From Leucoraja ocellata (Eukaryota), in assembly GCA_036785375.1 (NCBI GenBank), contig JAWMAR010000002.1, positions 18,166,001 through 18,230,000 of the forward strand: a stretch of DNA of 64,000 nt, in the 5' to 3' direction. Shown here in pieces: positions 37,301 to 50,739 of the stretch (its first letter is position 1; the number at the start of each line of letters is the position of its first letter). The notes beneath the pieces are model-generated. The model was not told the origin of the DNA and did no database searches. It worked only from the letters and a program-made list of their open reading frames with translations. The position numbers were made by a program, and so were the translations under genes.

Positions 37301-38674
37301 CATAAATAGGCAGTTGGTGGTTTTCCTTCCAACACATTTAAATCCTTGGCATTGCAGCTAACAATTGGACCTTGGAGCCTTCTATTCTCAGTCAGACAGA
37401 ATGTAAAACAAGACCAAGCCTTTTCAGCTCACAGTTTCTGACCACCTTTCCCTGTAAATCATATGTTTTCCTTGATGGTGCAAATAGCATTAGCAGTATT
37501 TATAAAAGTAAAAAACACTCAAATGAAGAAAAACAGGCATTGTTGAATTGCCTGCAAAATGAAGAAGCTAAAAGTTAAATTTAAAAGGAAACCCAATGTG
37601 ATGCTGGATCACATTCGATTCATGTGATATGTTGTAAATATATTATTACCAGCCTCTGTTAGAATAGTTTCATAAGCCTTTGCTTAAGCTTCATTAAAGC
37701 CAATTAAAGCCCTTGTTAAGAACAACTAACTGCCAACACTGAATTTATGACATTTGTTTATGTTCTTCGATCGCACTGCTTGGAGCTGTGGTTTCAAAGA
37801 GATTTCTTATTTGGCTTTATAGTAATAGATTACGAGTTAAGCTGTTCTAAAATGTGGTCAGGATTGTTATCCTATGGCACAGAATAGGAATCAACATACT
37901 TTCCAAACTGAATAATTCTGAAGATCAGGTAAATGTAGCGAATTGAAGTGCCACTCTAATTGCTGAAAATTCATGATTCCAGGAACGCTATAAAATGTCA
38001 CCTTAGATTGTCATTAACTAATCAACATGACACTTTCCCTTTACGTTCCTGAATCATCAAGATTTTTTAAAAGAAAGTAGCAGTGAAGATGAAGGAGCAA
38101 ATTTGCTCAACGTTTGAATGAGAGGAATTAGGATTCCTGAATACGTCTGGAGGGAAGCAACAAAATAACAAAACTTGGCAAAAACATGTCTCAGGCAATC
38201 CTAATGCAAGGATGGAAGCCAGCCTTTTGTTGTAATGGGACAGAATCGTGTCAGTGGTGACCTATGAAAAGTGTTAAAAAAAAAGTGTAATGACCTATGA
38301 AAAGTGTTAAAACGTAGCTTTTGTGGATCCCCTAGTGATAACTGCTTAAAATATGCCAGCTTGAACCTTAGTTATGATACCCTATATGATGACATGGCCT
38401 TACATGTCAGATGGAATGGCCAGAGCATGATTATGAAACATCTGAACAAAACTTTAGTTGCCACACCCTGGAATAATCAGCTGAGAAACTTGTCAAAAAT
38501 TACAAATGTTTCTGAACATCCCTGTACAATGTAAATTGCAGAGTACTCAAGTTCTCACGAAAATTCAAATTTTATCAAGTGAAATCATTGTTCCCATGCC
38601 CTACCAAACTCGATGCAAGTTTTTCATATGCACAAATGAATTGATTGATTGATTGAACGATTGATTAATTGACT

Positions 38675-38960
38675 GAAAGATACGACATAGAAACAGGCTC
38701 ATCAGCAAACCAAGTGCACATTGACCATTGCTCACCCTTTCGCACCAATTTCATGTTATGCCACTTTTTGCATCCACTTCCTACACACTAAGGGCAATTC
38801 TACTGAAACCAATTTCACCTATAAACTCACACATCTTTGGGATGTGGCAGGAATCCAGAGCACCTAATGGAAAGCACACGGTTACAGGGAGAGTATGCAA
38901 ACTCCACACAGAAAGCACCTGATGACAGGAGCAAACCAGGGACTCTGGCGCTGCACCAAC
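38675..38960 (-). mobile_element. HE1-like V-SINE (diverged)
   Basis: gaaagatacgacatagaaacaggc...ctttgggatgtggcaggaatccagagcacc...gcaaactccacacag. Confidence 0.7.
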
Positions 38961-39293
38961 TGTTCCATGCAAATTGGATCCCATGGAGAGTCCTGTGTGG
39001 CAACACAGACAATAAATCAGCACCAAAGAACGCCTGACAAATCTGGGACATCTGCATATTTTGGGAATTCTAAACTTTGTAGCATCCACGAGGGTAATTA
39101 CTGGCAGTTCCATATATAGAAAGAGAAAAGCCTCTGTCAAAACTATAATTAGGTGAGCAATGCTATCCTGGGAAATTTCCCAAATCTTCAGAGAAGTCTA
39201 ACATTTGAAAACCACCTTGAATGTGTAATAATAGCATTTATTAAAATAAGACTAGATCTAGTCTTGGCTACTCCTGGCTGTCTGCGTTATAGC

Positions 39294-39750
39294 CTTGAGT
39301 TTGAGTTTAGTTTATTGTCACGTGCACCGAGCAACAGTGAAAAGCTTTTGTTGTGTGCTAACCACTCAGCAGATAGGCAATAAATGATCACAATCGAGCC
39401 ATCCACAGTGTACAGATAAAGTTTAGTGCAAGATAAAGTCAGATCAAAGATAGTCCGAGGGCCTCCAATGAGGTAGATAGTAGTTCAGGACAGCTCTCCA
39501 GTTGTTGGTAGGGTGATTCAGTTGCCTGATTCTGGGAAGAAACTGTCCATGAATCTGGAGTTGTAACTTTTCACACTTCTATATATTTTGCCTGATGGTA
39601 AAGGGGAGAAGAGGGAATGGCCAGGGTGCGACTTGTCCTTGATTATGCTGGTGACGTTGCCGAAGCAACGTAAGATGTAAATGGAGTCAATGGAAGGGAG
39701 GTTGGTTTGTGTGATGGCCTTCTAAATGCTGATGCTGTTGCAACAAAAAC
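39294..39750 (-). mobile_element. Rex1-type LINE 3' end
   Basis: tttgagtttagtttattgtcacgtg tail; antisense cctgatggtaaaggggagaagagggaatggccagggtgcga; reverse homolog of 50740-51135. Confidence 0.75.
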
Positions 39751-40477
39751 CTAGAAATTATTTTGGCAATTCTCCTTAAAATAAAAATAAAAAACAGCTC
39801 GCCACTTATCCTGAAGATTTCAAGTGAAAGATCTATTTGGCTACTGCACCACCCTTTGCTTGCTACCAAATAGTCAACAATGAGGTGAAAGTGCCAAGAA
39901 CTGAGAAAACACATATAGTACATAGATTTTCAGCTGCTAAAATTGCATTGAGATATACAAATGGACATATGAGCTAATTATGTCTCTCGTGGAGCAATAA
40001 CCCTGGGCATGGTTAAATGTCATAACATGAGCCGTAATGTGACAAATTTATTGCAACTGCGGTTATTTTGCTTGCTCTAAATCTCTGTGAGTCTTATCTC
40101 CCATGATTTCCTAGGCCCATAACACAAGTATCCCTTCAAGGCTGTAGCTTAATACTGAGACCCATGACATCTCGGATATGCTGTGTGCTGATTTAAACCA
40201 GTAATCATTCCAAATCTACTATCCGCCAGGTTTATAATCGAGATCTCTGTCTAGTCATTCTTGCTGAAAGTTTATCTGCAGTATCAAGAAAAAAAAAAAC
40301 ACGCTTAACCACAATGTTCCCCACAGGTCATTGGCACCTAGTTTCTGGTGTGACAAATAACCACTGGATAAGTTCCTGGAGATTAGCATGAGTCAATGCC
40401 AGTCATAGGTTTGGAAGAGGGATACGGTACGATTTTTTATAAAATGTGCAGCTCAGGTAGTCACCCTACAACAGAAT

Positions 40478-40780
40478 TTTAGACTTTAGAGATACAGTGC
40501 AGAAACAGGCCCTTCACCAACCAGCGATTGCCCCGTACTATCCTACACACAAGGGACATAATACAATTTAACCAAAGCCAAATAACTTACAAACCTGTAC
40601 ATCTTTGGAATTTTGGAAGAAACCGGAGCACCCAGAGAAAACCCACATGGTCACAGCAAGAATGTACAAACTCAGTACAGATAGCACCCGTACTCAGGAT
40701 GGAACCCGGGTCTTTGACGCTGTAAGCCAGCAACTTTAACCCTAAGCCACTGTGCCTCAAGCTACGCCACTGTGCTGCCC
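40478..40780 (-). mobile_element. HE1 V-SINE
   Basis: tttagactttagagatacagtgcagaaacaggccc...ggatggaacccgggtctttgacgctgtaag. Confidence 0.85.
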
Positions 40781-41261
40781 ACCATACCTGTGGGATTGTA
40801 ATGAATGGGGTAATATAGATGAGAGCAAGCTCCAAGCTTTACACATGATCTACTGAAGGTCCTGCAGGAAGAAGCATGAAATTGGTGAGGGAATGGAGAA
40901 TGCAGAGGATGGAGTACATAGGTGGCTCTTTAAGCACAATGCATAGACAGTGAGAGCAGAAAGCCATGTAGACTAATGCCAGGAGTAAATGCTGAAAGAA
41001 ATTTAGTGAGCTCATATCGGCAGTTGAGGTCAGTGGGTGAATATTCTAATGTCATTTTCTACCTATTACAACACTGCTACTGACCACAGACGATGCCCAA
41101 TGTTCCGTAACCCTATTACTCATCTACCAGTGTCAATCCAGACATACTTAAGTTCACCTGTTCCACTGCTTCTTTAACACTGCCAAGACATATATCCAAC
41201 AGCCTGTGTATGGAAGCTATTTCATCATGATAGCCACATCGGTCAAATTCCCTTCCTCTTT

Positions 41262-42390
41262 TAGTCATAGTCATACACCATGGAAACAGGTTCTTTGGCA
41301 CAACTCATTCATGCCCATTGTAATTTACCCATGTTTGGCCCATATTCCTCTAAACATTTCCTATCCATGTACATGTCTAAATGTCTTTTAAATGTTATTA
41401 TTGTACCCGTCTCAACTGCCTCCTGTGGCAGCTCATTCCATTTACCCACCAACCCCTGAGTGCAAAGGTTCCCCCTCAGGTTGCTATTAAATCGTCCTCC
41501 TTTTATTTTAAACCTATGCCCTCTAGTTCACGATTCTCCTACCTTGGGGAAAAAGGCTCTGGGCATTCACCCTATCTATTGTCCTCATGATTGTATATAC
41601 CTGCAAATGATCCTCCCTCAACCTCCTGTGCAGCAAGCCTGCCCAATCTTTCCCTGTAGCCCAGGCCCTCGATTCAATAGGCAATAGACAATAGACAGGT
41701 GTAGGCCATTCGGCCCTTTGAGCCAGCACCGCCATTCAATGTGATCATGGCTGATCATCCCCAATCAGTACCCCGTTCCTGCATTATCCCCAGACTCAGC
41801 TGTCTTTAAGAGCCCTATCTAGCTCTCTCTTGAAAGTATCCAGAGAACTGGCCTCCACCACCCTCTGAGGCAGAGAATTCCACACTCACAACTCTCTGTA
41901 GGAAAAAGTGTTTCCTCATCTCCGTTCTAAATGGCTTACCCCTTATTCTTAAACTGTGGCCCCTGGTTCTGGATTCCCCCAACATCGGGAACATTTTTCC
42001 TGCCTCTAGCGTGTCCAAACCCTTAACAATCTTATATATTTCAATAAGATCCCCTCTTATCCTTCCCAGAGTGTACAAGCCCAGCCGCTCTGTTCTCTCA
42101 GCATATGACAGTCCCACAATCCTGGGAATTAACCTTGTAAAACCTACGCTGCACTCCCTCAATAGCAAGAATGTCCTTCTTCAAATTAGGGGACCAAAAC
42201 TGCACATAATACTCCAAGTAAATTCCTGGCAACACCCTTGTAAATCTTCTCTGCACTTGTTCAAGCTTAGTGGCATCTTTCTTATAGCAGGGCGACCAAA
42301 CCTGAACACAATACTCCAAATGTAGCTTCACCAACATCTTGTGCAACTGTAACTGTCCCAACTTCTATACTCATTTCTCTGACTGATGTT
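41262..42390 (-). mobile_element. CR1 3' fragment split by a second CR1 insertion (41672-42217)
   Basis: Outer tail tagtcatagtcata, ORF ...REDHLQVYTIMRTIDRVNAQSLFP, resuming at 42218 with VKLHLEYCVQVWSPCYKKD; inner tail caatagacaatagac. Confidence 0.85.
41672..42217 (-). mobile_element. Younger CR1 3' fragment (nested)
   Basis: ORF GLSYAERTERLGLYTLGRIRGDLIEIYKIVKGLDTLEAGKMFPMLGESRTRGHSLRIRGKPFRTEMRKHFF. Confidence 0.9.
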
Positions 42391-42532
42391 AAGATTTTAG
42401 GATATTAATCAGAGCTCACACTTGTCTCTAAACTCCTTGTCAACCATCTACAACCTCCCACCAGCCAAGTTCTACATAGCAGAGCCATCAAATGCTCCTT
42501 ATATGTTAACTCAACCTGCCCATGTTTCATTC

Positions 42533-42820
42533 TCCTAGACCTCCTCTGGATCCTCTCCAATGGCAGTATATCCTTCCTCAGATATAGGGCCCAAAACCGT
42601 CACAAAATATTCCAAATGTGGTCGCACCAGCACCTTATAAAGCATTACATTCCTGCTTTTATATTCCAGTCCCCTTGAAATGAATGATAGCATTGCATTT
42701 GCCTTCTTTCCCACTGACTCAACCTGCAAATTAACCTTGTGGATATCCTGCATCAGCACCCCCAACTCCCTTTGCACCTCAAATTTCTGAATCCTCTCCT
42801 AATTTAGAAAGTAGTTTACT
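42533..42820 (-). mobile_element. CR1 ORF2 fragment
   Basis: QRELGVLMQDIHKVNLQVESVGKKANAMLSFISRGLEYKSRNVMLYKVLVRPHLEY. Confidence 0.85.
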
Positions 42821-43969
42821 GATAGCTACTGATAGCTGCTGTCCAGTGTTCCACGATGGTAATGCCAGTGTCTGCCCACTACGTACATTAGCAATGGATG
42901 TTCACTATCCCTGTGGACACCCTGTTCAAAATGGATCTGTTGCCAATCACCGCACAAATGTGCTGAGGGACCACATATGTTATTTTAGGGCAGAAAGGAT
43001 GGATGGATTACATAAAAACAGACACTTCAGAGCCCAATTTCTCCCTGTAAAATTCAACAGTAGATTCCTCAATTATAGTGCTTACACCATTTGAAAGGAA
43101 AGTGAATGTTAAAAGCATTTTGATGGAAGATACTTGTAATGATACAGCACCATGAGACAGCGAAGGACAAAGTATTTTGCAGTATCACCAGAACACTCAA
43201 TATCTTTGACATATTTCTGTCACACTGAGATCTACACAGAAGCGGAAAATCAGGGACCCTCAGTGAGTCATCACCTGTTCTCTCACTCCTCTTCTTCCTT
43301 TCGTGCTTGAAGAAAGGGTGCTGTGCAGGTCAGCAGTTGTGCTGAGAGGCGATAGAAGCGAGGGAAAATTAATCAAAAAAATAATTTGTGCAGCATGATT
43401 AAAAAACATAACTTTTACACAACCAGCTAGCTCAGCACAAGTGACATTTGCAAGAGGGAAAAGTATCTTCTAAAGGTAGGAGCTTAAAAATAATAATTCA
43501 TGGCTTTTCAACCTTTTACATGATGTTCCCCCACCAGCTAATTTTAGGTTTAATGGCAGTAAGGCAATTAATCTTTGCAAGCCTGGTGGCTCCAACACCT
43601 CTGACTTGAAGACAGCTCCTTTTTAGAGAGAAGCATTAGACATCTTTCCCTTGCCATTTTCTATCCCGCAAATTAATCTCCGTCGTACATCTCTAAAATG
43701 AATTGAAATTGCTAGCATATTGTAAATATTGTTTCCCTATGCGTGCAGGATCATGTGTCATAAAGTGAATGGAAGTGCATTTCCCTCTGACATTTTGTTA
43801 ACTGAATTTCCTTTAAGGCAGCCATTTGAGACTATTAAGTGCTATACCCTCATTTATAGACGGCTTTCTCGCTCCCTTTCTTTTCCTGTGTCTACAGGGT
43901 TGTCAGTAGATTAAATGAAAGAAAAACTCAGCTCCAATAAAACTGATTCTCTCGTTCTATTTAACACAT

Positions 43970-44900
43970 ATCATAGAAGAGTACAGCACAGCATCAGGCC
44001 GTTTGGCTCGTGACGTTTGTATCGAACATTGTGCCAAATTAAACCAATCCCTTCTGTCTGTACATAATCTATATTTGGGGCGACACAGTAGCACAGAGGT
44101 AGAGTTGCTGCCTTACAGCACCAGAGACCCGGGTTTGATCCTGACTACGAGTGCTATCTGTACGCAGTTTGTATGTTCTTCCCGTGACCGCGTTGGTTTT
44201 CCTCCTGGGGTGATTGCTGGTCGGCGCGGACTCAGTGGGCCGAAGGGCATATTTCCGCACTGTAGCTCTAAACTAAACTAAGGTATACCTCTTCATTCCT
44301 TGCAAATCCACATGCTTATGTGAGAGCCTTTTATAAGCCTCTATGGTGTCTGCTTTTACCATCACCCCTGACAGTGCATTCCATGCACCTACCACTCTGT
44401 GGAAAATACTTGCCCAGCACATCTCCTTTAAACTATCCCCCTCTTACCTTAAATCTTTGTCCACTTGTTTTTGACATTTCTACCGTGGGATAAAGTTTCT
44501 GTCTGACCATCCGCGATTCTCATAATTTATAAGCTTCTACATGGTCTCTCCTCAGCCTGTGATAATCCAGAGAACCCTCTCATCCAGGTAGCATTCTGGT
44601 CACCCTCTTTACACCCTTTCTAAAGCCTTCTCATTATCCCTGTGACCAAAACTGCATATATATTACTCCAAATGCAGCACAACCAACATTTTATAAGTCT
44701 CTCATCCTCAATGACCTGACCGATGAAGGCAGGCATATGATACACCTTCTTTGCCACTGATGTTGTTATATTCAGGGTGCCCTGGACCTGGACCATCTGT
44801 ACACTATCGCTGTTAAGTGTCCTGCATTGACTGTGTACATTCTCCCCTTACATTGGTTGATCTCCCAAAACCTGGATTGAACATCTGCCATTTCTCCACC
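43970..44900 (-). mobile_element. CR1 3' fragment interrupted by an HE1 SINE
   Basis: catagaagagtacagcacag tail, resuming after 44281 with antisense CR1 (catctcctttaaact, gaccaaaactgca). Confidence 0.7.
44077..44281 (+). mobile_element. HE1 SINE, internally deleted, nested in CR1
   Basis: ggggcgacacagtagcacagaggtagagttgctgcc...gaagggcatatttccgcactgtagctctaaactaaacta. Confidence 0.85.
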
Positions 44901-45345
44901 TGTGGAGCTGGATAGAGAGAACTATTTATGCTGAAACACAAGATTATGGGCAGAAAAAAGAAAGGACTGCCAAGTTTGTTCAGATGTTACAATTATGGTG
45001 AACAATGACATGAGTGGCTACAGAAAGGTATGCTGCATATGGGAAAATGTCCCAGCTGACAAGATCATTTCTACAAACTGTGCATGATGATGAGGACATC
45101 AAGAGCCTATGGAGTGGATGGGATGAGCCGTGCTGTGGCAGAAACAGCACTAGGTTCAGAGTAGCAGCAGGAAATGACATACCTGGTAGAACGTCAATTG
45201 CTTGCCCAACCTGAGTTAGGAATGCTCATTAGATGTACCAATGCAAAAATGTTGGTGCCACTGGCAGTCAATGACATTTCTACTAGTATACTGCCTTCGT
45301 AAAGGAATTTAATTTGTTTCTTGTTTCTCTTATCCCTAACCAATC

Positions 45346-45462
45346 TCACCCCGAAACGTCACCGATTCCTTCTCTCCAGAGATGCTGCCTGTCCCACTGA
45401 GTTACTCCAGCTTTTTGTGTCTATCTTCGATTTAAACCAGCATCTGCATTTCCTTCTTACAC
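45346..45462 (+). mobile_element. Penelope terminal repeat fragment
   Basis: cccgaaacgtcaccgattccttctctccagagatgctgcctgtcccactgagttactccagc. Confidence 0.8.
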
Positions 45463-45564
45463 ATATTATCAATATTAATACAGTGCAATAGAAACCAATG
45501 ATTCAATGCTGTTGATGTAGAACAACATTGATGGATCCAAAGAATTAAGAGAGTTATGATGTGC

Positions 45565-45893
45565 GGATGGCACAGTGGAGCAGTGGTAGAGTTGCTGCCT
45601 TACAACACTTGCAGAGCCAGAGACCCGGGTTCAATCCCGGCTACGGGTACTGTCTGTATGGAGTTTGGACATTCTTCCTGTGACCACGTGGATTTTCTCC
45701 CAGATCTTCGGTTTCCTCCCACACTCCAAAGATGTCCAGGTATGTAGGTTAATTGGCTTGGTACAAATGTAAATTTGTCCCCAGCATGTGTAGGATAATG
45801 TTAATGTGTGAGGATCGCTGGTCGGTGCGGACTCGGTGGGGCGAAGGGCCTGTTTCCATGCTGTATCTCTAAACTAAACTGAACTAAACTAAA
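45565..45893 (+). mobile_element. Full-length HE1 V-SINE
   Basis: tRNA-derived head with box A TGGAGCAGTGG and box B GGTTCAATCCC, V-domain, CR1/HER1-like tail and (ACTAA)n end. Confidence 0.9.
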
Positions 45894-47602
45894 TGTGTAC
45901 TTGATGGTAGTAGATCAGAAAGATGTCACACCTATTGAGGGAGAATTGTGAATTTTCTGCTGCCAAGATGCTTACAAGTTCACAGGTTCACAAGGTATAG
46001 GAGTAGAATTAGGCCAATCGGCCCATTGAGTCCACTCCGCGATTCAATGATGGCTGATCTCCTCTTCCTGATCCCATTTTCCTGCCTGCTCCTCAAAACC
46101 CTTGATACCCGTCTATTTGTCTATCTCTGCCTTAAAAATATCCATTGATACTAACAATGCTGTAGGGTTGATTTAAGACCATTTGAAACCCAGTTTCAAT
46201 GAACAAAGATGCCACACATGTGGGAGAGAGTAAATCTTGTAGAAAATACCCTGGTGGTTAGAACTAAACCAATCAGACAAAGAAGCGACTTTGAAAAATG
46301 CCACCAACCAATGTAAAGTCAAGGGAGCTATCTGATCCGCGGGAAAGTTTAACCAATAGTTACATCCATAGTTTCTTTGTTCTTGTGTATCAGGCTTCAC
46401 TTGGATAGTATCTAAGCTCTGTGCCTGAATAAGAGTTTTAAAACACTACCTCTGGACTAGGGGAATCATTGAGAATTCAACAATCTAACACACCTATATT
46501 AGCAAGCTATATAGTTCATCAGGTGGGAATGAGAAAGGTACATCATAAGATCATGAAAATTAAATTAAGCATGAGCCATGCAATTTGCAAATGCACATAC
46601 CAATCTCACTTAAGCAATAGGGAAACTAGAAGGTAATATCATCGAGTAAATGAGAGGAAGCAAGCTATGGTATTCCATTCAAGACAATGCATTTCGTTGT
46701 CTCTGTACTGTACACTGACAATGACAATTAAAATTGAATCTGAAGCCCTGTGGCTTGCAAAGAGAAAACTAAAGCCAGGTTGGAGACGCTGACTGAGGCA
46801 CACAGAATATTTCCAGTAGCGATTCCTAATTCTCTTGAGTAACCAGCCGAGTAAATGTTGAGTAATCATGCAGTGTGCTGAAAATGTGCTTCTATCCTAG
46901 GGATGAGGAGGAGTCACTATCTTAACAAGGTGACAGGAGATGTTTTGTTACATGAAGGGTAAAGAATGAGTTTGATGAACTTGAGCTCATATTTAACCCG
47001 ATTCAACACTTCATTTCAAAAGCCGCCATTAAAAAAGAATGACATTTGTTATCAATCCAGCTTGGGATGAATTTCACCGACTGGTTGATGCACAAGAATG
47101 TCTCAATGGGATAAAGATTTCATTATGGCCTTCAGGTAATTTGAAACAGTAAACAAGCCAGATTATGACTGACATCAGCAACAAGCCATTGAAGGAAGAA
47201 GCAGGTAAAATTGAACAATCAAACACTGAAGCTCTTAAAGATGTTGCAATACGCCAAGGATGAAAAAAGATCTGGCACTACATAGAGGTGTCTGAAAAAA
47301 AAAAAAGAGTCCTGGAGTAACAATCCTGCAGTAGAACTCAGATAGCCACAGAAACAGATTGCACACAAATTAAGAGGGAATTGCATAGTGTGATCCTCAG
47401 ACCTGAGAAGTTTCACGTGCACCCATAGGAGAACTATATTTGTTTACTGTGATCACGACCCCCTTGAGATCATTACTCTTAAAACCCATTGAACACCAAA
47501 GAGACTGCAGAGAATATTTGTGGGGATACACATTATGCACTGTCCATGTTAAGATATTAATGTCACTGATGGGCTTATCCAAACCTATTTCAAAACAGAA
47601 GG

Positions 47603-47850
47603 TTTAAGGTGAAGGGGGGAAGATTTAATAGGAACCCGAGGGGTAACCTTTTACACACAAAGGGTGGTGGGTGTACGGAATGAGCTGCCGGAGAAGATAG
47701 TTGAGGCAGGTACTATCGCAACCTTTAAGAGACATTTAGACAGGTTCGGAAGGGTATGGGCCAAACGCAGGCAGGTGGGACAAGAGGTGGGACATGTTGG
47801 CCGATGTGGGCATGTTGGGCCGAAGGGCCTGTTTCCATGCTGTGAAATTA
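47603..47850 (+). mobile_element. CR1 LINE 3' end
   Basis: VVGVRNELPEKIVEAGTIATFKRHLDR followed by gggccgaagggcctgtttccatgctg. Confidence 0.85.
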
Positions 47851-48297
47851 TGAATCTATAAATGGTGCACAGAATGCAGATCTTGATAATGTTGCACCAC
47901 AATAAAGCACAGAGCAATTGAATAGTTCTATGGATACAGTATTTTGCTTATTTTCCCTTTTTTTGAGAGATGGATTTAACATGTATTCACGTGAATAATA
48001 ATTGTACCTAGAATGTTTCGAATAATTCATGGCTAATTCTGATCCACTGACATTTCTTACCACAATAATGTTTATACAAATTCTTTCAGCAACAGGCCAA
48101 TAGGAAATTTCAGTGGAGGTATAGGCCAATAAAGACATCAATCCAATTTAAGGCTTCAGAATCAAAAGGTAGCTAAGCATTTATGAAGATGTGATTATCG
48201 AAAATGCAGTAATGAGGCAATGGCTTTCCAAACAGAAGATAAAGTGGACATTAGTTTGAGAAACAAATGAATGATTAATCATTCAAAGTTCAGTTTT

Positions 48298-48575
48298 AAT
48301 TTAGTTTAGAGATGCAGCACGGAAACAGATCCATCAGCTCATCGAATCCATGCTGATCAGCCATTCACTCTATGTTATCCCACTTTCGCATCCACTCCCT
48401 ACACACTATGGGGAACTATACAGAGGGCAATTAACCATGTGTGGGAGGAAACTGGAGCACCTGTAGGAATCCCCGGCGGTCACATGGAGAACATGCAAAC
48501 TCCACAGAAATAACATGTGAGGTCAGAATGGAATCTGGATTGCAGACGCAGTGAGGCGGCAGCACTTCCAACTGA
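48298..48575 (-). mobile_element. HE1 V-SINE
   Basis: tttagtttagagatgcagcacggaaacag...gtgggaggaaactggagcacc. Confidence 0.75.
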
Positions 48576-49454
48576 CCTGCCTTTCCTATTTAACACAGAG
48601 ATACACATTTACAGGCACACATCTAGGTGATTTGAGGACATGATTTTTATTTTACCACTGTGAAATGTGTCAATTAACAAGGCACGAGCACTAATATATT
48701 GTTCTGCCAATTCAGGTAAAAGGCCAAATGCTTACACTGTCCCATGAACAAGCCATTCCTTAACTCAAATGCTCATCTCTCCTAGGACAGGAGCAGAGGT
48801 CAGTCAAGCAGACCTCAGATATCCAAGAAATTAATTCAGATGTTTTAAATGCAGTGAAGTAAGTCACAAATCAAACATCACTGATCTTTTAGGAGTAGAG
48901 CCACAGAAACCCAGAGGCCACATAAATAGATGGGCAGCTCGGTGATGACTGTTGATGTAGATCGATTAAGTCATTAAAGCAATTTATCCATGGCAGACGC
49001 AAATTGGGAACATAGGCTTAGTGAACAACGGCTGTCTATATTACATTTAAACTGCAAAACTGAAACTATTTGAGGACAAAAGATTCCAGTTAAATAATAT
49101 TTGAATCAAATAAAGCATTTTGATATGTCAAACCCCAGGCCTTTCAATTCACTGAAAGGAATTCAGAATCTCATGGAACTAAATTGTCTCTCTGCTATGT
49201 AGACAATAATGTCATTTGTCTGCAAATAACCACTAATTTCTACTTACATGCATCTGAATCCAAAGCAAAAGATCACAAATACTGAAAATCTAAAATAAAA
49301 TGTAAAAAACTAAAACTAATATGCAGCAAGTCAGGGAGGAGTTGTAGATAGAGAAACTTCTTCCAGCTGTGATGAGACATCATCAAACTGATACATTAAC
49401 TGTTTCTTTCTCTGCCTGACCTGCTATGCATTTCCAACATTAAGCAAAAAATAA

Positions 49455-49960
49455 ACAGATTCAGTGAGTCAAGCTGCATCTGTGGAAGGAAATAGATAGA
49501 CAATGTTTTGTGTCAGTACACTTCTTCTAGATTGGAGGAGAGGAGGGGAGGTATTTAGTAGAAAGAGGCGAGGGGAGGTCGTGGGGCAAGAACTGGCAAG
49601 TGTTAGGTGATGAGGTGTGTGGGAGTTGATAGGCGGATGAGTCACGTGGGGGAGAGAAGAGTGGAAATAGTTACAAAGGCTGGAGGTAATAAGTGGAACA
49701 GACAAGGGGCTGCAAATTAAGGATCTGATAAGAAAGGAAGGTGAGGAGTGAAATGTAGAACCAGAGGGAGGGATGGATGGTGGGTACATGGGAATGGGCT
49801 TGGGGTGTGTGAGGGTGACAAGGACCCAGAGGAAGGATAAGTGGGTGCTAGGCAGGAGAAGACGGACAAATGTAATGGAATTGGATGGGAGGGGCAATGG
49901 GGAGTGGAAAGAAAGTGTACATGAGAGGACCTTGGTAATCAGTAGGACAGAGAAGAAATC
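49455..49960 (-). mobile_element. Penelope 3' purine-rich region and terminus
   Basis: ctgcatctgtggaaggaaatagatagacaatgttttg...; homologous to 3880-4200; explains ORF 49469-49999. Confidence 0.65.
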
Positions 49961-50739
49961 CAGAAGAAATTTGTATGCTTCAATGAAACTACCTCTCATT
50001 CTTCTCAGCTCCTGAAAATAAAAGCTTACCCTGCATTGTTTCTGCTCACAGGTAAATTCCCACTTGCAGAAATCAATCTGTTAAACCTTTATTGTACTAT
50101 CAGAAATACATGCTTCCTTAGATAGGGAATTGAGGATCGTACAGAATGTTCCAAGTGAGGTCTCAGCAGGGTCCTGTATTATTGCAGAGACTTTTTTTTA
50201 TTGTCTATAGTTTGCAATGTCCCTCAGTCTACTAGTTCCGAGATGCCAACTTTGTTCTGAAAGCTTCATGTGCAAGCTGTTCACCAGGGACTCGTTTGAT
50301 CTGTGCACACGTTAGATCTGATGCTTTCAGTTAAACCAAGATTTAGTGGAGTCTCAAGCTTTCTGGATTCGGTACTGATACAAGTCGCTACCCTTTGTAA
50401 AAAATACTGATAGTACAATAAAACATAAGAAAATGGTCTCCTTCAAGAATCCTTCCACTCACTAAGAGGTCATGTTTGGAAAATAATGCTAATTCCCATT
50501 ATCTTATACTATTAAAATTAATGCTAACAATTACATTCATAATTTGTAGAAATCCGTGTTGAAATGTAACATTCCCCGGCAAACTAGTTCTAGGATTCTC
50601 TAGCTCACTGGAGAGCAGTGAAATCTGTGGTAGATTTTAGCAAGACCGTTTCATCTTTGGAACTTCTAAGACAGACATTGAGAATATAAAATGTTCATCA
50701 ACATTGATGTTCATCAATACAATTCTTCATCAATGTAGA

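Noticed and set aside
22239-38311. Short two-copy direct repeats (22239-22278, 29923-29956, 32598-32664, 38258-38311)
   Set aside because: Ordinary slippage duplications with only two units; not CRISPR arrays or structured repeats.
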